This document shows, piece by piece, positions 53,170-64,000 of a stretch of 64,000 nt of DNA. Each line of letters opens with the position of its first letter. Position 1 is the first letter of the stretch. The stretch spans positions 3,800,399 through 3,864,398 of the forward strand of contig MU053934.1 of assembly GCA_013239625.1 (NCBI GenBank). The letters run 5' to 3'. The notes below the pieces were generated by a model. It ran no database searches. It worked only from the letters and a program-made list of their open reading frames with translations, and had not been told where the DNA came from. A program made the translations under genes and the position numbers. The DNA comes from Lama guanicoe. Lineage: Eukaryota.

Positions 53170-53630
53170 TAGAGCGGTCACCGGATGGGAGTTGGAGTGC
53201 TAGGGGATCAAAGGGCGGAAGTCGGCGGCACAAGGGTCAAAGAAACGTTAATAAAGTCGGAGAACAAGAGGGAGGCCTGAAGGACGGGGAGCCCACGGAG
53301 TTAAGCGAGCCGAGGAGGTTTGGGAAAGAGCCCCCAGGCCCCGCCTCCCCTGCGCCGTCACTCACCTCGGCTTACTCAGCACTTCCACTTCCCTCTACTT
53401 CCGCAAACAGACGCGCCCCGGGCCACGTGACGGCGCGGCCGCTGCTCTCCGCCAATCACCGCAGCCTGTGCTTCGCCTGAGGAAGGCGGGGGCGGGACTC
53501 CGCCATCTTCTATAACTGCCCAATGGAAGGGGCTCCCATCGCCGAAGGAGGCTGGGCTTTGGGCAGGAGCCAATCCTGCGGCGGGGCGGGGCCAAGTCTG
53601 TGCGGGGCGGAAGGCCCACGTGACTGCTCC
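53170..53630 (-). promoter_or_regulatory. PLA2G6: CpG-island promoter of PLA2G6
   Basis: CpG-dense; three ETS ACTTCC (53381, 53387, 53397); E-boxes CACGTG (53424, 53617); CCAAT (53452, 53520, 53570); YY1 CCGCCATCTT (53500-53509); GC box GGGGCGGGG (53583-53591). Confidence 0.88.
53366..53420 (-). other. PLA2G6: PLA2G6 non-coding exon 1 (TSS approximate)
   Basis: GGAAGTAGAGGGAAGTGGAAGTGCTGAGTAAGCCGAG|gtgagt within a CpG-rich promoter. Confidence 0.8.
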
Positions 53631-53820
53631 TAGGCAGACATGTTAACTGGGGGCAAGAGACTCACCCTTCCACAGCCCCTCGCCTCCTGAAAAAGGAGGC
53701 GCAGGCCTGAGGTCTGAACCTGACTTTAATGATGGCTCGTAAAGATAAAAATAAAACCAACAAAGATATAGGGCATAACAAGCAGGAGCCAGCTTTGATT
53801 TTGACGGGTACCCCCGAAGC

Positions 53821-53967
53821 TAGGGTTGCCAGATTTAGCAAATAAAAATAGAGGACGCCGGGTTAAATTTGGATTTCAGCTACAGGACCGATAATATTTT
53901 AGTATAAGCAGAATATACTAAGTATAGTTATGCTTAAAAAATTATTTCCTGTTACCTGGCATCCCTA
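53821..53967. mobile_element. MER53 palindromic hAT MITE
   Basis: TIR TAGGGTTGCCAG / CTGGCATCCCTA (1 mismatch); 8-bp TSD CCCGAAGC (53813-53820) / CCCCAAGC (53968-53975). Confidence 0.85.
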
Positions 53968-55494
53968 CCCCAAGCCATCTCGGGAAATACCTTAGCACTT
54001 TTAGTAGAAATCTACCCAAATGACTTGGTCTCTGTGAACTCCTCATCTAAGTGGGCACAGGATTGTTAGAATGACTAGAGTTAAATTAGTCCTCGTCCCT
54101 GCACATAGTGGGATTTCAATAAGTGACAGTTGTTATGATTAGTTATGCTGCGAAGGAGGTGCGTTACAAAGAAGGGAAGAGACTGGGTTTTAGTCACAGA
54201 TCTGCTTCTGACTGAATAGATCATGGCCCCTCTCCAGCCTGCCAGGCTCCGTTGAGCCAATTTTCTTCCCCTAATGATTCCCCAACTCTAGATCTAGATA
54301 AATTCTCCAGACTACTCTCTGTCCATGTAGGAAGGGTAGCTGCTGTTTGTTATTCCTGTGAATAGAAGAATGTTTCTGCCTCTCTGTCCCAAGATATTAG
54401 TACCCAGACTGAGGGCAGCCAGTGCAACTGGAGCAAGATTTAGTCAAGAATCTGGACAGGTTAATAAAACTAACCACAGTAACAGTTATTTGTACAGAGC
54501 TTTGCCAGTTACAAAGTAAGCTGACTTCACATCCGTCATCTGTAGTTAGTCTTGGTCACATTTTACAGGTGAAGAAACTGTTCCCTTAAACTAAGATAAA
54601 ATTTTTGTTCAGGAGTTTCAACTTTGAGTTGAGAGAATGGGAAGTAGACTCAGAATTCTCAATGATAAAACATACCCTCCACACCCCAAGCAACTGAAAT
54701 TAGGTGATGGTTATCAGGGAGCTTGCAAAACGTTAGGCATTCCACCCACTGCTGAGCAATCTGACCTGAGAAACCTCAAAGGTTCAACAGGATGAGTCCC
54801 ATTCTGCAGCAAACACCCTCTCTTATATTCAAGGTGGGTTTCCAAGGCAAGTTTGGCAACACAGACACACACCTGAATCTGAAATGCAGAAAAGGCCAAG
54901 GAAGAGAGACAGATCAATTGCCTGGATAGATCATTAGAAACACTCAAAGATCCATAGACGAAATTAATAAAATAGAATAGGGAGAAAATAATAAAGAGAG
55001 ACTCTCAAGGCCTAATGAAGTTGAGTGCCCCTCCCCTAGGTATTTCTGGTGAAAACTGTTAAATGAGTGGATAAAGCAAGCGATGAAGAATAAGGAGTTC
55101 GAATGAGATGCACTGAGAAAGGAGGGGACGAGTAAGCACCCAGGAGTATATTGTTGGGCTTCTGCTGGATTCTGCACTGGAGCCGTTCAAGCCGTTCTCT
55201 TGAGGGGCTATGTTAGACCCTGAGTTACAAGCATCCCAGAGCCCAAAGAGTCAAGACCCCTCCTTCAAGAAGGTAGATGGAAATTTAAGCAGCATGGTCA
55301 GCGAGCAATTTTACACTCTTACCTTGTTAGATCCTCACATCAATGCTGAGACGTAGTGCTATTGTCTCCACCTTATAGACGGAGAAACCAAGATTCTCTG
55401 AGGGGAAATGATTCACAGTCACGTGTCAGTGAGAGGCAGAGCCAGAATCAGGACCTGTCTTGGCTTTTCTTTCCCTAAATTATAGGAGGACCCA

Positions 55495-56290
55495 CTGTGT
55501 GCCAGGCAACGTTCTTAGTGCTGAGGAAAACACAGCAAACAAAACAGACGAAAATCCTTGTCCTCACCGTGTTCACAGCCTTGTGGGGAAAGATAGAGAA
55601 GTCAGCCATAGAGTGTGTTTTGCTGAAGTCTTTGGTTGAAGTGTTGAGATGTTAGCATCTTACTTTCAAAAAACTTTGCGTGTTGAATTGGCGGTTGTGA
55701 ATATCAGTGCCTTTGTACTTGTCCTTACATTTCCTGTGTTTGAACATTTTTCGAATTGAAAAGTTGTGAAAAAAATATAGTGTGTTAGAGGGTGATAAAC
55801 GCTGTGGGGTAAAAGTAGGGCGGGGACACAGGGGAGTGTTGTAGTTTTAAAGAATGACTAGGGAAGGCCTGATGAGAAGGAAGACATTTAAATAAAAACC
55901 TGAGGGAGACAAGAGAGTGAGCCCTGTGATAACCTGAGAGAGTGTTCCAGATGGAGGGAACAGCAAGTGCAAAGGCCCTGAGACAGGAGTCTCCTTGGCT
56001 TTTTTCAGGAAAAGCAAGGAGTCTACTGTACCTGGAATGGAGTGAGAGGGAGCTTGGTAGGCAGTAAGGTCGAAGGGATATCAGGGCCTGTAGACCATTT
56101 TAAAACTTTGGCTTTCACTCTGAGGGAAATAGAGAGCCATGGAAAGTTTTTGAGCAGAGGAGTAACCTGATCAGACTTACCTTTTAACAGATCATGTCTG
56201 TTCTATAGGAATAGACTATAAGGGCAAGGCAGAGGCTGGGAGACCAGCGAGCAGGCTATTGCAGAAACCCAGACAAGAGACAACGAACAG
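55495..56290 (-). mobile_element. L2 LINE 3' fragment
   Basis: ctgtgtgccaggc...aacaaaacagacgaaaatccttgtcctc...aacagcaagtgcaaaggccctgag...gttttgagcagagg. Confidence 0.65.
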
Positions 56291-56439
56291 TATGACCACT
56301 GTCCCATTTAATCATCACAACTGTAGAATCATCACGATCGGGGTTTGTATTATGATAAAGTGTGTAAGGTACAGAGGGCATCACGAGAAGGCATTGTTGA
56401 GCTCTGTCCTGCAGGAAGCTTCGTAAGATGATTCTTGTG

Positions 56440-56636
56440 CAGGGGTGAGCAAACTATCCCACCTGCCACCTGTCCCTGGAAACAAAGTTTTACTGGAACA
56501 CAGCATCATCTATTTCTATATATCTATGCTTTCTACAATGGAAGAATTGAGTCATCATGACAGAAACTGTATGACTCACAAAGCCTGAACTATTTCTATA
56601 TGGACCTTTACAGAAAAAAAAATTTACCAACCCTTG
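56440..56636 (+). mobile_element. MER58A hAT-Charlie MITE
   Basis: caggggtgagcaaact...aaagttttactggaacacagc...ctttacagaaaaa...tttaccaacccttg. Confidence 0.75.
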
Positions 56637-57689
56637 TTCTTAAGTTGAGTTTCAAAGGTTGAATAGGAGTTTGCCAGATGGATTAGAAGGTAAGAACATT
56701 CTGGATGAAAAAAAAACCATATGGGCAAAGGCCAACATCATGTGATTGTGTGGATTGTTTGGGGGAACTGCAAGAGGTAGAATGTGGCTGGAACCTGGTG
56801 TGTGAGCAAGTGAGCAGATGGGTGAGCCCCAGAGGCTAAGCCTGAAGGGTCTGAGTGCCAGGCTGAGGTTAAGGACCTTGTCCTGCAGGCGATGGGAGCC
56901 CTGAAAGGGTTACAGGCAGGGAAATGACTGGAAAACAAATCACTCTGCTGCTGTGGAAGAGGTGACTGGAGGGCACAGAGGCCACAGGGCAGCTGTGGAA
57001 TGATTACACTAATTAGGTGTCTTCTGACTTGAGGAGGGAGCCATTGAGGCTTGTGCCCTTCTCGAGAAGGAAATGAGTGCAGATGACCTTAAGCTGGGAG
57101 GCGGCAGCCACATGTGCTCCCAGCTCAAGGGGGAAAGCAGTCCTGGCCAGAAAAGGCAGGATTTCCCCACTCCAGGGGCATCTCAGCCCTGCTCAGGGAC
57201 TCACAGGACAGACTGTGGCCTGAGAGGAGGCTGGCTTTCAGGGCCAGGGGGCCTGGGAAACCTGGCCAAGAAGCTGGCCTGAACCTAGGTCCTGAAGGAT
57301 AGAGAGGGTTTGGAGAGGCTGAATGAGTGGAGGGCATTTCAGACAAAGACTCGGGACATGTGCTGGTGATCATACAGGGTCTGACTTCTCAGGATGGGGT
57401 CTAACAGGGGTTCATGGGGGTCAGGGTATGCAGGGCCTTCACCCCTTCTTTCTTCACATCTTCACTTCAGTTTCCTCAGCCAGCAATTTTGAAGTACCTA
57501 CTATAAACATGGCCTGACTCCTGGTGGCATGGGGCCACAGGAAAGATATCTATTCCTGTCCTTAAAGTTTGCAATTTAATACGAAGTTGCCTGAAATACA
57601 CAGGTAATTGTTTATTGTGAAAAAGCTCTGGAATATAGGCAAAACAGTCTTCTTGAAGAAATCATGAAATTACAGTGGATGATGCCCCA

Positions 57690-58660
57690 GACTCCATTAG
57701 TCAGGACAGGCGAGGGTACACTGTAGTATCAGACACCCCCGCAGTAAAGATGACGTAACACAAGTAAATGTCTTCATTCATACTGTATGTCCAATGTGGG
57801 GAGGGGCGGACGTTCTGTTTATCAAAGTCACTCAGGAACCCAGCTGAGCAGACTTGTCCTCAACACAGGGCTGGGGATCTAGTGAATCAGGCCCTGGCTC
57901 TTGAAGCCGCTGCTCAGAAGGGACACGTGAGTTTTCTGCTCACGTTTCCCTGGCTGAAGTATATCATGTGGCCAGACCCAACCTCAAGGGAGCTGGGAAA
58001 TGCAGTCCTACCCTGCGGCCAGAAGGAGAGGAACCAGAATGGCTGTGAATATCCCAAATGACTTCCACACTGACTGACAAGGCAACAAGGTTCTGTTCTG
58101 TTTGTGAACCTCCCTGCTTCATCAACTGCAAATCGTATTCCCAGTCAGTCTTCAGCACCAAGGTTTTTAAAGTGTGTACAAATTAATTTCAGTAATTTTA
58201 GAGATTCTTGGAAGAGGGAACTGAGTAAGAGGAACAGGGTTCTACGGGATCAAGAAGCAAGAGACCAGAATGAGTCAGGGCTCTCTTGATTGTAAGTCAC
58301 AGAAACCCAACACACATGAGCACAGGCACATAGGCTAACCGACTGGAAGGTAACCAGAGAATCTCCCAGAATCCGAGGAGGAGGTGACCAGCCGAATGTC
58401 CAAGGGGCCTCAGGGTCAGCCCGAACCAGGCTCCCCCATGACGTCCGTCTTTCAGCACGTCCATCTCATTCTCTTCTCTGGCTTCTTCTGCCCAGGAATG
58501 AGGAATGCAGCCCTCTCACTGCCTCCAGCCCTCACCATCAGAAATGGGTCGATCTTCTTCCCTCAGTTCCTGGAAACGACTCTTAACTGAGTCAACGTGG
58601 GTTGTGTGCCCGCCCCTGAGCCAGTCAGCCCTGGCCAGGAGGGGCGTTGCGAGTGACCCC
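57690..58660. mobile_element. Old MLT1-type LTR fragments
   Basis: Motifs ttagtcaggac..., atcatgtggccagacccaacctcaagggagctgggaaatgcagtc and tgtaagtcacagaaacccaa are typical of old MLT1 families. Confidence 0.45.
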
Positions 58661-59299
58661 AGGCACAGCCAGCTCCCGCAGCCCCCACTAGAGCTGGGCA
58701 CAGGCAGAGTTATCTAGAGAAGAGAGGACGCTGGGTGCGCAGTATCATTCAGAGGCCCTTTCAGCCCTTAAGGAGGTGATTCCAGGATAGAGAAGACCAC
58801 CAGGGGCCAAGAGCAGGGAGGGGATCTGAAGCCTTGGGTGAGGACAGTGGGCAGGCGTGGTGAGTGAGGTGGAGGGGAGAGGAGGAGAGGTTCCTTAAGA
58901 AAGAGTGTGGGCAGACCCTGCTGGATAACCAAGCATGTTTGAATTGTCCTCAGTCATCTCCATTCTGTCCTGGTGGTCCTTGTTTATGTCCTGGGGGCTT
59001 GAGAAACTCGGCTGCAAATCACACATTCACGAGTGGGCCAAATCTAATTGTCTCTGGGACACAGTAGTAATAAAAAAGGAGTGGCAGGGACTCCCCAAGA
59101 ATCCTGCCATTGGTGCTAATGCAGAGCACAATGAGCAACCAGGGAATGCCACAGTCTGCACTGCCAGGGAGCCGAAGGACCTTCTAGGAAATTAACCATA
59201 CCCTCGTCCTTCCTCCCTGTCCCTCTGCTCAAGCCTAGGACAGGACCCACCAGAGCAAGGACAACTGCTCCACTCATCCAGTGGCCTCAGCACTGGGGC

Positions 59300-61100
59300 T
59301 CCAAAAATGAAAAGATGCAGTCCTAGTGCTTAAAGCACTCGTGTTTTAAGAGGAGGAGATAGCCACAAAAACACAGAACACCAATTCAGAGAGAAAAGTG
59401 CCTTCAGGGAGGGAGGGACAGGGCAGCCATCCCTGCTGTGAGGGCAGGAGCCTGTGTTGCCTAAGAGCTATTTAAGAAGCCCTCTGAAGAAAGTGACAAG
59501 TGAGCCTGGTGTTGAAGGACAAATTAATGCTGGGGAGGAAGTTTCCGGTGGAGGGGTCTGCCAGAGCCAAAGCCTGGAGGTGTGGAGGAGCAAGGCAAGT
59601 ATGAGGACAGGGTCCGATGGAGCCAGAGCCCAGAGTGGGTGCTGAGAGCTGGCAGGGCAGAGTAGGCAGATCTAGAAAGTCTATGAAAAGAGTTTGAACT
59701 TTGTTCTGAAGGCAATGGGGAGCCATGGAAGTTTCTGAGCAGAGGAGTGTCCTGGTCGAATTTAGGCTTTTCTCTCCATCTTCTGCCTGGAGGCTGAATT
59801 AGAAGGTGCTAGAGGCAGGGACATCAGGCAGGAGGCTGATGCAATTGTCCAGAAGAGAGATGCTGTGGTTTGAACTGAAGCCATGGCTGAGGGAAGAGAG
59901 AGAGGATGGAGGGGAGCTAAGAAGATGCAATCACAGGGACTTAGTGACTTGTTAGCTGTGGGCGTGAGGGAGAAGGATGAGGCAAGGATGATGGCCTGGT
60001 TTCTCTCTCGGGTGACTGAGTGGAAGATGGTGTCACCAGCCTATTTGAGAAATGCAGGGAGGGTGACGCTGAGTTGCATTGTGACCGTGGTGGGTTGGAC
60101 ATGCCAGGGGACAGGTAGGGGGAATCCATGCCGGCTGTTCAGATGCTTAAGCGGACCTGGCTCATGAGAAACAGAGGTGAGCAGTGAGAGAGATTTGGGA
60201 GTCATCAGCGTCGGTTGCCACCTGAACTCTTAGCGGGGAGTAAGATTCCCCAGCGAGACAAGATCAAGGCCAAAGCTCTGAGCATCACTGATCACTGAGG
60301 GGTCAAGAGGAACCAGGGATGGAGACTGAAATAGTAGGAGGGAAACCCGAGCCTTGGAATCCAGGGGCAGAGCGTATTAAAAGGAGGGGAGAGAGCAACA
60401 CGGTCCAGTGCTGCCAAAGTACAAGACAGATTAGGATGGAAAGTGGATCCTGGATTAACAATAGAGAGGTCGCTGGGACTCCGCAAGAGCCCCTTCAGAG
60501 GACTGTGGGGGCCGAAGCAAGACTGTGAGGGGCTGGGAGGTAAGCGGGAAGGGAGGGCTCTGAGGCCGTGAGTAGAGATGAGGTTTGGTCCATAAAAGGG
60601 AAGAAAAGACAAGGGTAGGGCTGGGGTGACGGGAGGGGTGAAGTGGGGGTGGTGTTAGAGATGCCAGCCACTTGGGGAAATTTCGGGGCTGCGAGAGAGG
60701 ACTGGGGGCTAGAGGGTGGACATGAGGGTCCGGGAAAGAGGAGAGGTGGCTTTGGGGCAAAAGAGGGACAGCTTCTGCCAGGACTGAGAGGGAGGGGTGG
60801 ACAGTGCAGGGAGCTGAATCGATGGCCCCACCCCTTCCCAGCGGAGGTGAGGCTAGAGCGCTGGTTGGAGAAGGGAGCGGGTAGATTAGGGACCCTGAGC
60901 GCCTGGTTGTCATTAGAGACTGACTTTGTAGTGGATGGTTGTTGCTGTAGGGGCTGTGTTCATAGTGGTTGTTTCTTTCTGAAGCCCAGAGCAGCCGGCG
61001 GGGGGTGGGGCAGGGGGTGTAGGAGGGCAGCAAACAAACTGGAGGTGCCCAAGGTCATGGGTTTACAGGCTGGGGGCCCGGAAAGGACTAGACTGGGAAC
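59300..61100 (-). mobile_element. L2 LINE remnant
   Basis: tgaaggcaatggggagccatggaagtttctgagcagaggagtg...gatttgggagtcatcagc: antisense L2 signature. Confidence 0.6.
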
Positions 61101-63339
61101 GGCAGATTTCCAAGTATATTGAAGCTGTTGAGGGTGGGAGGGGGAACGTTTTTAGAGGGAACAGATGATATGGGAGCAGGAGAAAAATCAGAATCTATGC
61201 AGTTTTAAGTTTCAGGGCCCTAAAATATCAGTTTGCAAACAGAGAACATGAACAGACAGTTCACTAAAGAAGAACCCCAAGTGATGAACAAAAGTAGGGG
61301 GATGTATTCAAGCCTACTCATATTCAGAGAAATGTAAATTTAAATAAGATAGTGTCATTAGCCTAGAAAATTAGCAGAACCAAAAATGGGAACACCTAAT
61401 GCTGACGAAGTGGCAGTGAGACAACTCATATTCATACGGAGGTGGTGAGGGCCTTTATTCACTGGGGCACCCTGAGCAAATGGCATCGCCTCTCTGAGCC
61501 TCAGTCTCCTCCTCTGCAAAGTGGGGATAATAAAGACACTTGCCTCATAGCGTTTTGTGAGATAAGGAGTCACAAAGAAAGTATCTCACAGATGGGACAA
61601 CAGTAGATACTGTGGTTGTCTGGATTTGTTCACACCTATTTTTCTCCCTGCTGGACAATCTCTAGCCCAGACCCAGGACGCCTGCAGACAGACACTCAGT
61701 GCAGGGACACCCTCTGCCAGCCCAGTTTGTCTTATGATTTAAAAATAGGAGGGAAGAAGAGAAGGAGGAAGACACAAATCCCCCCTACAGGAGGAATGAC
61801 CCATGTGAAACAGCACATCTCTCGCCAACAAAGCCCAAGGGTTATGCCTGGCGGGGGCCGGGGAGAGAACATGGCCCTTGAAACAGACCAGCCTGAGCGC
61901 AAGTCCTCCTTTGCTAGGGACTGGCTGTGTGATGTTGGGCAAGTTCCCTCACCTCTCAGAGTCTCAGTTTCCTCACCTGCAACATAGCGATGCTAATACC
62001 TAACTCCTAAAATTGGGGGAGAGGATTCAGGGCAATCAGACAGGCACACCACAGCCAAAAACTGGGGGGTACTTCCTGGGCAGGTAGTGAACCCATAAAT
62101 CAGTCCATTTCTTTAGCTTTAAAAATGGAGCTGATCATTTGTGCACCACCATTTCCTCTCACTAGGGAGGACTATTGTGAGAAGGAAAAGTTGAGTTTAT
62201 AAAGATATTAAAATGTGACAAAAGTACAGATAAATGTTGGAGTGATTGGTTTACTTAGCAGTGGGAGAAAAGAGCTGGAGAAATATATATGATGCAAACC
62301 GGTCTTAGGCACTTGGCTCAGTGCCTGGCTCAGAAGAAGCATTTCATAAATGTAATAGGAAAAGGACAGTCAGAAGTAATACGCAGTAATAAGACCAGTA
62401 AGGGGCATGTGATGGGTGGAAGCGATGGGACTAGATAACCTGCTGATGGAGGCTGCCCTGCAGAGGGGGACGGGGTAGGCTCACAAGTGCAGGGACAGGA
62501 GTTGATGGCGGCCTGGAAATCAAATCTCAGGGCAGGAAAGGCCACCAGAGAATACCCAACAGGGGAACCTTAAAGCCAGCCCAGGTCTCCTCTGGCGAGG
62601 CCCAGCTCCTAGCTGTTTTACAAAGCAGAATGTGCTGCAGAGTCAACTTTCATTTGAAGGACGTTTACTGTGGTTAGAGATTGTTGAGAAACCACTGACC
62701 TAATCCTATGCTCTCACTCTGCAATTGGGGAAACTGAGGCCTGGACTGAGGAATGCCCCACTCTGGGATCAGCCAGAGGTGTGATCTGAGCTGCACATCC
62801 TAACTTGGCTCAAGCCTGCTTACTGAACAGCTACTAGTGGGCAGGGCACCTAAAGTGGGCCAGGCTCCCGCAGGGACCTGCTTGGGTGCTGTGTGGTGTT
62901 TTGGACCCTCGGGCAAGTGAACAGGGACCAGCTGGGCCGGTTAGAGGTCTGTTGGACTGTGCTGGCAGAGGGTGGCTCCCTCCCTAGAAACTGACAACAA
63001 GGCCCCTCCCTGTTGATGGGAGGTGGGTTCTCTGGGCAGGGTGACATCACCACTGGCTTTGTGTCACTCACCTGTGGAGGAAGCAGGTTTCTCAGAGGGA
63101 GTGTGCCAGGGGCCCCCAAATTTATTGATCTTTTATTCCATATAAGGCACTGTGCCAAATGCTTCTAAGTGTGAACCCAATAAATTGTTTTACAATCCAT
63201 GAAGCAGGCACGATTAATAAACCCAGTTTACAAAGGAGACTGAGATGGGAGAGTTTAAGTCACTCAGCTGGTCAGGGGTGAAGCTGAGATTTGAGTCTAC
63301 AGGCTAACTTGAAAGCCTTTACTTTAACCAAACAAACAA

Positions 63340-64000
63340 AACCCTACTTCTTTACTAAAACAAAAATTGCAGGAATGATAGAGAATTTCTATATGCTCTT
63401 CACTCAGATTCCCTAATTGTCAATATTTTATCACACTTTGTAATTCCCTCTCTCCTGATCTTGTTTTGAACCATTTGAGAGTAAACTGCAGACAGATGCC
63501 CCTTACCTCTAAGCACTTCAGTGTGTGTTGCCTAAAAAGCAGGGACATTCTCATGACCACAGGACAATGATCAAAATCAAGAAATTAACAGTGATACGAT
63601 ACATTATCTAGTCTACAGACCTTGTTCAGATTTTACCTTCACGGCAAAAGAGAACTCTGGATCACACATTGTGTTCAGTCATCTCTTTCGGCTCCTTTAA
63701 TCTGAAACAGTGCTCCTTTCTTTATCTTTCATGATCCTGTCATTTTTTTTAAGCGTACAGTTCCAGTTGTTTTGTAGAATTTCTCTCAATTTAGGTTTGT
63801 CTTTTGTTTCTTCACAAAGAGATTCATTGTATCAGTTTATGGCAAGAACACCACAGAAGTGACGCTGTGTCCTTTTCCGCGCCAACACGTGTCAATTTAT
63901 CCCGTTCCTGGTGATGTAACTTTGGTCACTTAGTGAAGGTGGTATCTGCCAGGTTTCCTCACAGTAGAGTTATTATCTTTCTATTGGTAATTAATAATTG
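63340..64000 (-). mobile_element. L1MC-like 3' end fragment
   Basis: ttgaaccatttgagagtaaactgcagac...aatgatcaaaatcaagaaattaac...ggcaagaacaccacagaagtga. Confidence 0.65.

Noticed and set aside
54000..64000. Additional gene upstream of PLA2G6 (MAFF is expected further on by synteny)
   Set aside because: Only L2/MIR/MLT1/MER58/L1 remnants; no recognisable exon or CpG island within the window

Overview
Mammalian genomic DNA, most likely a camelid (alpaca/camel), inferred from a tRNA-Ala-derived Vic-1-type SINE at 48036-48168. The window holds the complete PLA2G6 gene (iPLA2-beta) on the minus strand. It has a non-coding exon 1 at a CpG-rich promoter (~53.4 kb) and 16 coding exons, all flanked by GT-AG introns. 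These join into an intact 2424-nt CDS: 807 aa, or 752 aa without cassette exon 9. The poly(A) signal is at 3164-3169. About 1 kb downstream, in tandem, are the first two coding exons of BAIAP2L2 (Pinkbar). Most of the rest is old and young transposons (L1, L2, MIR, LTR40a, MLT1, Charlie1a, MER53/58/63/69), named from recalled consensus sequences rather than a search. I found no evidence of a wholly new gene or system. The best leads are all PLA2G6 isoform mechanisms: a stop-free, in-frame 627-nt intron 11; a MIR-derived 'CRT-stop' poison-exon sequence with an altered acceptor; and a strong upstream acceptor of exon 2 that would expose an in-frame Kozak ATG.
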